DNA of 64,000 nucleotides from a virus, in the IMG/VR virus record IMGVR_UViG_3300027762_000001. One strand, given 5' to 3'. This document shows positions 38,552-47,478 of this stretch, piece after piece. A program made the position numbers and the translations under genes. Each line of letters begins with the position of its first letter. Position 1 is the stretch's first letter. Under the pieces are notes generated by a model, which ran no database searches, was not told where the DNA came from, and saw nothing but the letters and a program-made list of their open reading frames with translations.

Positions 38552-38758
38552 ATGGAGAAAAAAAGAGTTAGATGTCCCTTTTGTTATCAAAGAGAATCTG
38601 TTGGTTTTTTAAAGGGTAGTATTTGCAAAAGATATTTTTGCAAATACTGTTGCATTGAATTTTCTATTAAAAATGGTGTTCTTGAAATTTTTGAATTAGA
38701 CGGTAATGGTATTGCTTATTTAGTTACAGATGATGATGAGTCATCTGTAACTAAATAG
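38552..38758 (+). CDS. Small Zn-ribbon protein
   Basis: CPFC...YFCKYCCIEF. Confidence 0.6.
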   Translation: MEKKRVRCPFCYQRESVGFLKGSICKRYFCKYCCIEFSIKNGVLEIFELDGNGIAYLVTDDDESSVTK

Positions 38759-38778
38759 TGAGGAGATAATACGGGACA

Positions 38779-39162
38779 CTAATTTTCGAAGGCTTTATTT
38801 AAAATTCCAGAATCTTTAATCATAACATTTACTTTTCCAACCACTGATTCTCTAAAGTGTTCCACTTCTTCTTCTTTTAAAAATGGAAATTTTTTAACTA
38901 ACATTTTATCAAATTGATTTCTTTTTTCTTCTGCAGGGCATCCTTTATATTGTTGCTCTATAGCATAAAATGCATACTCTGCTACATTGTGCATAAAGTT
39001 ATACTGCTCAACACCCATCTTTTTAATTGTAGCTTCTTTTTGTGCTATAAGCAAGTCTAATGCATACTTTACGGCAAAAGTAATTGCGCCTCCTAATGAT
39101 AAAGCTATAATCTGAGTTAAGTGCTTCAATACTTCGTTTAATATTTCTGACATAAGTTCCAA
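38779..39162 (-). CDS. Holin (LL-H-like)
   Basis: One N-terminal TM helix, AFYAIEQ, follows endolysin. Confidence 0.75.
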   Translation of the reverse strand: MELMSEILNEVLKHLTQIIALSLGGAITFAVKYALDLLIAQKEATIKKMGVEQYNFMHNVAEYAFYAIEQQYKGCPAEEKRNQFDKMLVKKFPFLKEEEVEHFRESVVGKVNVMIKDSGILNKAFEN

Positions 39163-39167
39163 CCCCT

Positions 39168-40868
39168 TTATCTAAATTTTTGTGCTACTTTATATATAAG
39201 CCAATATACGTTGTCATCTAGAGATGCTTTATTTATCCATAAATTTCTACTCTCAACTATATCGTTACTATATAATACATTTACACTTTTATAGATGTTT
39301 GTTAATTTTTCATCTGATAATACCTTGGATAATTTATCATATGTCTGGGGTCCAACTTTGCCATCAACAGTTAGTCCAGATGTATTTTGAAAATCTTCTA
39401 TGGCCTCTTTAGTTAATGTGCCTATTACCCCATCTTCAGTTAACTTATAGCCTATATTATTTAAGCTAACTTGAATATTTTTAATCTCAATTTTTTCTCC
39501 TTCTTTTTGGCTTTCCTCTAATGACTTTATAACTTCTTTTAACTTATTATCAGTTTGAAGACCATATATGCCATCTGCAGTTAAATTATGTTGAGATTGA
39601 AAACTTCTTATAGCTCCTTTAGTTATTGGTCCCATTATGCCATCTGCAACTAAGTTATATCCTAGTCTATTTAAATTTTCTTGTATTTGTAGAGTTGTAA
39701 ATTGAGGGGTCGGAGCAGCTACCTTTAAGGGTTCTTCGATATGGTTTTTTACATCATTTATATATATTCTAGGGTCTACTCTTTTAGCATCTTTTTCCCA
39801 TCCATTTCTAACTTCTAAATGTAAATGTTTAGTTGTAGCATTTCCTGTTGCTCCTTGTAAACCTATGGGCATTCCATCTTTAACCTCTTGATTATTTGAA
39901 ACTAAATAATTCTCTAAGTGAGAATATATAACTGACCATCCAGCATAAGGACCAGAAGCTATTTTAACTTCAACATATTTACCATATCCAGAAGGATCAC
40001 TTTTAATGAGTGCTGTTCCAGGACTTCCTATATGAGATATAAAGTCTTTATTTAATATAAAATCTATTCCATGGTGATTATATCCGACTCTTTGCTCGCC
40101 ATAATCACTTGTGATAATAGAGTCATCAAGCCACTCCACACCTGTGCCCGGAAGGGCTTTTTTTGTTTTATTTTTTAACGCCTCATTTAATTTTGCAATA
40201 GTTAATGGCCCAACTATTCCATCTGCGACTAAGCCATTTTTACCTTGAAAATCTTTAATTGCACTTTTTGTTAAAGGACCTATATCACCATCTGCAACTA
40301 AACTATATCCAAGGGAATTTAATGATATTTGAATCCATATAGCATCATAAGTATCATCATTAGATATTCCTAATGATGGAGCCTCGCCACCTTGTATAGC
40401 AGCCTTAAACTCATTCCACTTAGCCCAGTTGTTAGCTGCCATTGTGCCAGGACAATTTTTTCTTGATGCATCATAATGTCTTACAACTTTTGAGGCTGGA
40501 ATATCTAGCTCTTTCATTAAATGCTTGGTTAACTCAATAGTTTTAATGAAGGCAACATTATAGTCGCTATCGGCGTTTACACATATTTCAATACTGATAG
40601 AATTTCTGTTAGTAATGTCATAAGCACCTTTTCCATCTCCTACTGCCCATGTGTAATATTTTCTAAAATTGTTAATTTGTAGTATTTGCTTATCATCTAC
40701 AAAAAAATCTGCTGAAGCATTTCTGTCTGCCGTATTAAAATAGACATAATGCATTTCTGCATTTGCGCCAGAACGTGCATTACCAGTATCATGAATAACT
40801 AAGTAGTCTATTTTACTGCGCTCCATGGGTGTCCTGTTATAAGCTATTTGTTTAAAATTGATGTTCAT
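39168..40868 (-). CDS. Multi-domain endolysin: Amidase_2 + PG-binding + M23 peptidase + two PG-binding domains
   Basis: VIHDTGN, VVRHYDASRKNCPG; HHGIDF, YSHL, HLHLEVR; repeated DGIxGPxT. Confidence 0.92.
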   Translation of the reverse strand: MNINFKQIAYNRTPMERSKIDYLVIHDTGNARSGANAEMHYVYFNTADRNASADFFVDDKQILQINNFRKYYTWAVGDGKGAYDITNRNSISIEICVNADSDYNVAFIKTIELTKHLMKELDIPASKVVRHYDASRKNCPGTMAANNWAKWNEFKAAIQGGEAPSLGISNDDTYDAIWIQISLNSLGYSLVADGDIGPLTKSAIKDFQGKNGLVADGIVGPLTIAKLNEALKNKTKKALPGTGVEWLDDSIITSDYGEQRVGYNHHGIDFILNKDFISHIGSPGTALIKSDPSGYGKYVEVKIASGPYAGWSVIYSHLENYLVSNNQEVKDGMPIGLQGATGNATTKHLHLEVRNGWEKDAKRVDPRIYINDVKNHIEEPLKVAAPTPQFTTLQIQENLNRLGYNLVADGIMGPITKGAIRSFQSQHNLTADGIYGLQTDNKLKEVIKSLEESQKEGEKIEIKNIQVSLNNIGYKLTEDGVIGTLTKEAIEDFQNTSGLTVDGKVGPQTYDKLSKVLSDEKLTNIYKSVNVLYSNDIVESRNLWINKASLDDNVYWLIYKVAQKFR

Positions 40869-40879
40869 AATGTTTCACC

Positions 40880-41122
40880 TCACGCAAAAATTTTTTTTAT
40901 AATATCTATTATCTCTAAAGCTAAATTTTTGTCAGATAGTTGTGTCGAAAGGAGGCCTGAGCTTGCTATTATTGTAAGGAGCAAAGTTATAAACCAGTAA
41001 GTTGTTTTATCAATTTTCTTTTTAATTTCTTGAATCTCCTTCGTCTGCTCTGTAATAACGGCGATATTCAAATCATGTTCTCTGATAATTGTTTCTTGTT
41101 TACATTCATGATTATCTTTCAT
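40880..41122 (-). CDS. XhlA/holin-like small membrane protein
   Basis: Short coiled coil then TM segment (YWFITLLLTIIASSGLL); upstream of endolysin. Confidence 0.55.
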   Translation of the reverse strand: MKDNHECKQETIIREHDLNIAVITEQTKEIQEIKKKIDKTTYWFITLLLTIIASSGLLSTQLSDKNLALEIIDIIKKIFA

Positions 41123-41160
41123 AAAAAAAATCACCCCTATACCATTTTATCACTTATAAA

Positions 41161-41194
41161 AAAAACAGACAAACATTTAAGTCTGTCTGTTTTT
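41161..41194 (-). terminator. Intrinsic terminator after the fibre genes
   Basis: AAAAACAGACAAAC/GTCTGTCTGTTTTT. Confidence 0.7.
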
Positions 41195-41203
41195 AAAGGA
41201 ATT

Positions 41204-41302
41204 TTATGACAATTCAGTTTGATAAGGCTCAGGTATATCTATTAGGGCTATTCTTTCCATCTTAAGTAAGAATGCATATAATCTTAATATTCTTTGATCC
41301 AT
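41204..41302 (-). CDS. CD1375/XkdX-like 32-aa protein
   Basis: MDQRILRLYAFLLKMERIALIDIPEPYQTELS with GGAGG RBS, translated by hand. Confidence 0.65.
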   Translation of the reverse strand: MDQRILRLYAFLLKMERIALIDIPEPYQTELS

Positions 41303-41303
41303 A

Positions 41304-41600
41304 TTATTCGCCTCCTGTTTGTAGTACTATTTCAGTTAAGTCAGCAACTAAAGTTTGAAGCTCAGCTATATCAGCATTTGGATTTGGAAGAGCTGCTATT
41401 ATAACTTCAACAGCTTCTAAAGTTGTCTCTGTGCCGTTAACTCTTAATGTCCAAAGGTCAATTTCAGTTTCTCCGCCTGTAACTTTAACATAGTTAAAAT
41501 CGCTATCTGATACCATGGCATTAAAACTTAAGCCGTCAACTTCTTGGTCTTCATGAGTTATTGATAAGCTAAGATTTGGTACTTTTATATACTTTGTCAT
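41304..41600 (-). CDS. Tail fibre accessory/chaperone protein
   Basis: C-terminal IAELQTLVADLTE coil ahead of the XkdX-like gene. Confidence 0.55.
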   Translation of the reverse strand: MTKYIKVPNLSLSITHEDQEVDGLSFNAMVSDSDFNYVKVTGGETEIDLWTLRVNGTETTLEAVEVIIAALPNPNADIAELQTLVADLTEIVLQTGGE

Positions 41601-42367
41601 CTTTTAACTACCTCCTTTAAATTAAATACTTGACTTACCCATTTTACAATATTGCTTTGAGGATGAAAATGATTTAAAACTTCATCAAATAATCCTCTAT
41701 GAATACACTCTTTACAAAGTGATTCAAACTGAGCCATTATGTTGTTGACACTACTTATGTCACTGTTCTGACCTAATGTTACAACATTAAATGCTTCTTG
41801 AATGTATCTTCTTGTCATAGATAAAAGTTGATTATTATCTTTATTATCTTTGTCAAATGTTCCATCGTCTAACTCTTCTTTTATCTGCGACCATATTTCT
41901 ATTTCTCTTACTCTTTCTTTTGCCTGCACCTGCATATTTTGAAGACCTAATAATATTTCTTCTTTTTCAATATTTTTAATATTAAGTCTAGCTTCTAATT
42001 TTTTCTTTTCATGAGGAAGTAAATCATCATTAGCTAATTTATACTCTAAACCTTCAATGTCAGCTTCTTTCATCGTGAGCTTCTCTTGATTCTTTCTATA
42101 CTCAAATGACAAGTTTAAAAGCTGTTCAAAAAACACCATTTGCTCAAGTTTTGCTTGATGATATTTAGCCGCTTTATCTGGAAAATCTTTATCATTTAAT
42201 ACAGAGCATCTTATCTCAGTATTAGTTCTCCAGATAGTTTGAGTCATATGATTGTGCTTTAATTCTGGTATAAGATGCTTAATTTTTTGACTTAGGTTTT
42301 CAGGTAATAAGTCAGCTTCCTTAATGTGTTTTAAGTAATTTTGTTCGTAAAGTTGTAATTTGTTCAT
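41597..42367 (-). CDS. Coiled-coil protein associated with the Kelch-like fibre
   Basis: WRTNTEIRCSVLNDKDFPDKAAKYHQAKLEQ then a long coiled coil. Confidence 0.65.
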   Translation of the reverse strand: MNKLQLYEQNYLKHIKEADLLPENLSQKIKHLIPELKHNHMTQTIWRTNTEIRCSVLNDKDFPDKAAKYHQAKLEQMVFFEQLLNLSFEYRKNQEKLTMKEADIEGLEYKLANDDLLPHEKKKLEARLNIKNIEKEEILLGLQNMQVQAKERVREIEIWSQIKEELDDGTFDKDNKDNNQLLSMTRRYIQEAFNVVTLGQNSDISSVNNIMAQFESLCKECIHRGLFDEVLNHFHPQSNIVKWVSQVFNLKEVVKR

Positions 42368-42391
42368 GTATTTATCTCCTTTGTTATTTTA

Positions 42392-44338
42392 TTAACTTCC
42401 TATGAATTTTTCGGTTGTATAAGGGAAGCAGAGTCCAGCAGACTGAGATCCACATCCACGCGGATAAAATCTTGCTGTATTTGATCCGCTTGTTAGACTC
42501 CATGTACTACCATTAAATTTTTCTGTCGTTTTAATATCTCCACTACTAGCACCTCCACCCATAGAAAGGCCAGCAGATTGAGTCCCTGCTCCTCCTGGAT
42601 ATTCTTTTGCTTCAGATAAATTACCAGAAGTACTCCATGTTGAACCATTAAATTTTTCTGTTCTTGACTCTCTGTATGTAACCCATCCACCAAAAGCTAG
42701 TCCTGCATCTTGAGTTCCACAACTACCAATTTTACTTTTAGTTTGGCTTAAATTTCCTGTGCTACTCCATGTTGAACCATTAAATTTATAAGTATTATTA
42801 TAGTTTGTACTTGTGCTCGCTCCTCCAAATGATAAGCCAGCACTCTGTGTTCCGCACCCTCCAGGTGAATAAGTAGAGATAGGCAAGTTTCCGGAAGTAC
42901 TCCATGTACTACCGTTAAATTTTTCTGTTCTATCATATGCATATCCACTGGTGTTATATTGACCTCCAAACGCAAGTCCCGCAGATTGAGTTCCTGCCCC
43001 ACCTACCTTACCTTTACCTTGGCTTAAAAGCCCTGTACTACTCCATGCTGAACCATTAAAATTATTACATATTGATGTGTAGTTACTTCCATTAAAATGA
43101 CCGAAAGCGACTGCAGCATTTGTAGTTCCACATCCTCCGGGTTCAGACTGGCTTAAAGTAGCTGTACTGACAGTTATCCATACATTCTTAGGCACACCAT
43201 AAGAATAATCAGTTAAACTCCACAAGTCACTACTTACAATTCCGCCATAAATTAAGAATTCAGGGTAAGCGTATCCAGAGCCTATGAATTTTTCAGTCCT
43301 ATTGGTATAACTAGGACCTTCATCTCCACCAAAGGCAAGTCCAGCATCTTGAGTTCCGCAGCCAGCCAAGTTAGATTTGCTTTGACTTAAACTACCTGTT
43401 GTACTCCATGCGGTACCATTAAATTTCTCGGCTATGTTAACATTAAATGTTCCTTGACCACTTACATATGTTTCACCTCCAAAGCACAGGCCCGCATTTT
43501 GAGTTCCACATCCCGCTAAAGAATTTTTGATTTGACTTAAACCGCCTGTACTTGCCCATGTAGATCCATTAAATTTTTGAGCCGCACTTGTTCGTCCACC
43601 AGAAGATCTAAATCCGCCAAAACTAACTCCAGCATTTTGGGATCCACATCCTGCAATCTCTTTTAAATCTACGGGTAAACTACCTGTGCTACTCCATGTA
43701 CTACCATTAAATTTATAGGTTTCTGAATTGTAAGGCGTACCAGTAGTCTCTCCGCCAAAGCCGAGACCTGCATCTTGATTCCCAAGGCCACCAAGATTTC
43801 TACGTGCTGAAGGTAAATTGCCTGAAGTACTCCATATACTACCATTAAATTTGTAGGTAGTTTGATAATATAGGGTAGTGGCATTATATCCTCCAAATGC
43901 CAGTCCTGCATTTTGAGTTCCACAACCCCCTAAACCTGCTCTTGTTGCAGGTAAATTACCTGTGCTACCCCATGCACTGCCATTAAACTTATACGTTATA
44001 TCTAAATAATTTGGTGAGACTCCGCCGTAACCACCAAAGCTAAGTCCAGCATTTTGAGTCCCACAACCTCCTAACTTATAATTGATTACAGGCATATCTC
44101 CCGTACTATTAGTTATCCATACATCTTTAGGGCTAGCCAAAGTATAATCTGTCAAATTCCATATAGCAGTGCTAACAGTACCTCCGCCAGTAGGAAGTAT
44201 CAGACCTGATGTCCACCCGGCCTTCCAAGCCCCACCAACATTACAATGTATAGCTGAAGCTTCTTTCCAAGTTCCACCTATGTTAACAAATATCTTATTT
44301 ATCGCTTTATAAGTTCCACCTATATTAACGTGACTCAT
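42392..44338 (-). CDS. Tail fibre/receptor-binding protein with two Kelch-like beta-propellers
   Basis: N-terminal VNIGGTWK repeats; about 12 repeats of GCGTQxAGLxFGG...KFNGSxWSxTG; internal duplication. Confidence 0.75.
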   Translation of the reverse strand: MSHVNIGGTYKAINKIFVNIGGTWKEASAIHCNVGGAWKAGWTSGLILPTGGGTVSTAIWNLTDYTLASPKDVWITNSTGDMPVINYKLGGCGTQNAGLSFGGYGGVSPNYLDITYKFNGSAWGSTGNLPATRAGLGGCGTQNAGLAFGGYNATTLYYQTTYKFNGSIWSTSGNLPSARRNLGGLGNQDAGLGFGGETTGTPYNSETYKFNGSTWSSTGSLPVDLKEIAGCGSQNAGVSFGGFRSSGGRTSAAQKFNGSTWASTGGLSQIKNSLAGCGTQNAGLCFGGETYVSGQGTFNVNIAEKFNGTAWSTTGSLSQSKSNLAGCGTQDAGLAFGGDEGPSYTNRTEKFIGSGYAYPEFLIYGGIVSSDLWSLTDYSYGVPKNVWITVSTATLSQSEPGGCGTTNAAVAFGHFNGSNYTSICNNFNGSAWSSTGLLSQGKGKVGGAGTQSAGLAFGGQYNTSGYAYDRTEKFNGSTWSTSGNLPISTYSPGGCGTQSAGLSFGGASTSTNYNNTYKFNGSTWSSTGNLSQTKSKIGSCGTQDAGLAFGGWVTYRESRTEKFNGSTWSTSGNLSEAKEYPGGAGTQSAGLSMGGGASSGDIKTTEKFNGSTWSLTSGSNTARFYPRGCGSQSAGLCFPYTTEKFIGS

Positions 44339-44354
44339 TTATTAATCAACTCCC

Positions 44355-44684
44355 TTATGGTGTGTACTTAATCCACACATCGCCGTTACCGCCACCTGAT
44401 GGATCGCCTGTTGAGAGAACTATTTTTCTAGCTTGAGCCGTTGTGTAGTCTGTATTATTTTGTGTATATAACTTCCCTGTCATTGTTCCGCCTGCTATAG
44501 GTAATTGTGCATCATTAGTAACATTAGCAAGTCCCACTTCAGTTTTAGTAACACTGTGAGGATTTCCAGTTGTTACACTTTTATGATCATAGGCCTCTTT
44601 ACCTCTGTCACCCCTGTAAGCTGTACCTGATGTTTCTCCTAACTTTAAAAATGCTATTAAATCACCAATGGTTGGTCTAGCCAT
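44355..44684 (-). CDS. Short tail fibre/adaptor protein
   Basis: AYRGDRG, NPHSVTKTEVGLANV, GGTMTG, PSGGGNGDVWIKY. Confidence 0.7.
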   Translation of the reverse strand: MARPTIGDLIAFLKLGETSGTAYRGDRGKEAYDHKSVTTGNPHSVTKTEVGLANVTNDAQLPIAGGTMTGKLYTQNNTDYTTAQARKIVLSTGDPSGGGNGDVWIKYTP

Positions 44685-44705
44685 ATTAATAACCTCCAAT
44701 CATAA

Positions 44706-45353
44706 TTATACTTCAACAACTTCTAGATAAGCTTGACCTTCATAAACTGCTATTTGATATTTTACTCCAACATAATCAGGATTTGAACTTCTGTCTGTAT
44801 AAATCCCATCTTCCATATTAACCGCAGTTCTTAAGTCTACCACTACACCACTGTCAATTCTTGCTATCTCTAAGTATGTATGCCCTGCTACACCTGTAGT
44901 TTTAACTATATTATATTGAATTTGAATCCTTCTTGTAGTCTCCTCTGAAACTCTACTATCCATTATATGATTTGTAATAGTAACTTCTTGTTGATTTCCA
45001 TATTTTTTAATATCATCATCGAAATCAACTTCTTGTTCCCATACATCAAGATAAGCAGTTTCACCTTCGCCAAGTGCCAAGGAAAGCTCTGATATATTTA
45101 ATATATTTCCGTTAGCTATAGCCTTGTCATTTGAAAAGGTCAATGTTCCGCCTGTATAATCTAAACTACCAGTCATGTAAAAACTATTGCCGAATCTGTC
45201 GTTAATTAACCCTTTTAATTTATTTAAGATTATAAGCTGTAGTTCATTCATTTCAGATTCTAAAACAAGAGCCTCAGCTCCATGTTTTATAAGAGAGAAA
45301 TTAGCCTCTTCATTATAATCAGTAAAATTAGTAAAATCAGGCAACACTAACAC
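44706..45353 (-). CDS. Baseplate/fibre attachment protein
   Basis: LESEMNELQ, YLDVWE, ETTRRIQ motifs; position. Confidence 0.6.
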   Translation of the reverse strand: MLVLPDFTNFTDYNEEANFSLIKHGAEALVLESEMNELQLIILNKLKGLINDRFGNSFYMTGSLDYTGGTLTFSNDKAIANGNILNISELSLALGEGETAYLDVWEQEVDFDDDIKKYGNQQEVTITNHIMDSRVSEETTRRIQIQYNIVKTTGVAGHTYLEIARIDSGVVVDLRTAVNMEDGIYTDRSSNPDYVGVKYQIAVYEGQAYLEVVEV

Positions 45354-45364
45354 CTCCTATTACA

Positions 45365-45946
45365 TTAAAATGTAATTCTTAATACTCTTTCTAATTGTAA
45401 TCCAGTAGTTTTAACTATTAGTGGATGAGTCTTTCTGTTTATCATAAGACCACTATCTTTAGTAGCTGTAGCATCTCCACCATATAGTCCAAACTCTCTT
45501 AACTTACCATTTGCTTCACTGTATAAGAATCTGCCTGTTATTTGTATCTTACTTGTAGGTGTGAGTGTTTCTTCATTACTTCCATCTAAGAACACTATAT
45601 CCGCTGAATCTATCTCTTTTCTAAATGTTTCATTTAAAAGAGCGGAGTCTGTAATTAGTGGATCTGGCGGAGCATCATCTTCCCATGATTCACTCCCAGA
45701 ACCTACTGCCCAATATAAAATTCCTGAATGAGTAGGGGAGTTTTTAAAAAGACACGCAATTAAAACTGAACAATTATTAACAATAATATTAAAATCATTC
45801 CTTATTAATTCTTTAGTTCCGTCAGGATAAATTATATAGTCGAAAATTTCTCCAGTGAATTTATTATTCTTTTTTTCGTCATAATTTTCCACACATTTTG
45901 CAAAGCTTGAATAACTTACCTCTTTTTGTTTTTTTTCAAAATACAT
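45365..45946 (-). CDS. Baseplate/tail fibre base protein
   Basis: NIIVN, AVGSG, EANGKLREFGLYGG. Confidence 0.65.
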   Translation of the reverse strand: MYFEKKQKEVSYSSFAKCVENYDEKKNNKFTGEIFDYIIYPDGTKELIRNDFNIIVNNCSVLIACLFKNSPTHSGILYWAVGSGSESWEDDAPPDPLITDSALLNETFRKEIDSADIVFLDGSNEETLTPTSKIQITGRFLYSEANGKLREFGLYGGDATATKDSGLMINRKTHPLIVKTTGLQLERVLRITF

Positions 45947-45966
45947 TTAAGACAACCTGCCTTTCA

Positions 45967-47475
45967 TTAGTAGTTTATTTCCTCAGTTAATGGGAATCTA
46001 CAAGTTCTAAAATCAACATTTAATCTTTTTGTGCTGTTTAATTTTATTTGAGCGTAATTAATAGTTGTCTTGATATCTCCTTCTATAATATTATCATAAG
46101 ATTCTATCGAGTGTAAATCAGAAAAGTAATCTTCATGGTAGTTGTCATCTATTGACAAGTTAACATTTTCATTTTGTAACTCTTTAAGTTTATCAAAATG
46201 AAAATATAATAAATTTCCAGTAACAACACCACCATCAATACTTCCGTCAAATTCGGAGTCAGCATATCCACCGTCGATGCCACTGTTAAAGGTAGAGTCA
46301 GCATATCCACCATCCACTTTTGAACCTGAGAAAGTTTTAAAATCTTCATTTAATCTACTTAGATTAAGTCTTGCTTCATTATTTGTAAATCTAGTAGGAA
46401 TTATATATCTTTCTGCATCAAGACCAAAAATACTTCCTATATCATAAATATCTCCGATAGTTAAATCCGCTTGATCATAAGATATTTCAGAAATATAGTC
46501 AAAATTATAAGCATCACTTGAATTACTTTTATTAAAATAATCATAGTATTCCGCCACCAATATTATAAAGAATTTTGTATAAGCTGGCTTTATCATGTTT
46601 AAAAATCCAGAGAGTATCTCTAGTTTATCTAAATCAGAAATGTAATCTTCGGGAAGAGTTACAATAAAATTAAAATTAAATAAATCCCACCCGTCCCATC
46701 TCTTTCTTTTTTTTGGGTCCTTTACATATTTATCATATACATCAGCGTTTGAAAGACCTGACAAAGTTTTTATTGCATTCTTTAAATTTATTATGGTTGG
46801 ACCACCTAATGATGCCTGAAGTATCATCTTCATCATTTCAGTATATTCATTTTTTGTCAATTTATCATTAAATAAAGTCTGAGCGCCCCTGTCCATAAAA
46901 GGAATTATTTTATTTCCCATTAAATTATATGGTGTATTTAAATCGACTGCTATATCTTTTAAGTTAACATCTCTAGATAAATTAAAAGGACCAATATCTC
47001 CATTTAAATATATCTTATTATTTAATAAATTATAATTTGTATTTCTTAAAAGTAATTCTCCAGCTTTACTAAACATATCAAAATCTATTATTTTAGAATT
47101 AGGCTCAACCGGTAAATTTCTCTTAGCCTCTAACTGTAAAAAAAGATTTAACATAAATAATACTTCGATTTTTTCTTCTAAAGTAAGTTCGTTTTCCCAC
47201 TTATTAATTCTTTGATCTAAACTTGTTCCATCTAAATTAAGTTTCGTTATAACATCTGAATTTTGTAGTATTGTTTCCAAAGAATAAAATGCACTATCTA
47301 CATTTATTCTTTGTATTGGAATAAACCTGTAAGTTTCTATTTGAGGTATAATTATATTTCTCTTAACTTGTTCTATATATTCATTTGTTAGTAACCCTAA
47401 CCCGCCATAAACGCTAACCATATATTCAAACTGATCATAGTTTACAGAATAATCTTCGTAAAAATTAGAAAACAA
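45967..47475 (-). CDS. Baseplate wedge protein with DGGYADS repeats
   Basis: GPT, IKPAYT motif; follows baseplate J. Confidence 0.6.
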   Translation of the reverse strand: MFSNFYEDYSVNYDQFEYMVSVYGGLGLLTNEYIEQVKRNIIIPQIETYRFIPIQRINVDSAFYSLETILQNSDVITKLNLDGTSLDQRINKWENELTLEEKIEVLFMLNLFLQLEAKRNLPVEPNSKIIDFDMFSKAGELLLRNTNYNLLNNKIYLNGDIGPFNLSRDVNLKDIAVDLNTPYNLMGNKIIPFMDRGAQTLFNDKLTKNEYTEMMKMILQASLGGPTIINLKNAIKTLSGLSNADVYDKYVKDPKKRKRWDGWDLFNFNFIVTLPEDYISDLDKLEILSGFLNMIKPAYTKFFIILVAEYYDYFNKSNSSDAYNFDYISEISYDQADLTIGDIYDIGSIFGLDAERYIIPTRFTNNEARLNLSRLNEDFKTFSGSKVDGGYADSTFNSGIDGGYADSEFDGSIDGGVVTGNLLYFHFDKLKELQNENVNLSIDDNYHEDYFSDLHSIESYDNIIEGDIKTTINYAQIKLNSTKRLNVDFRTCRFPLTEEINY

Positions 47476-47478
47476 GTT

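Noticed and set aside
42392-44338. Regular DNA repeats such as ACTCCATGTACTACCATTAAA resembling a CRISPR array or DGR repeats
   Set aside because: They are in-frame coding repeats with synonymous variation; no cas or reverse transcriptase gene lies in the window
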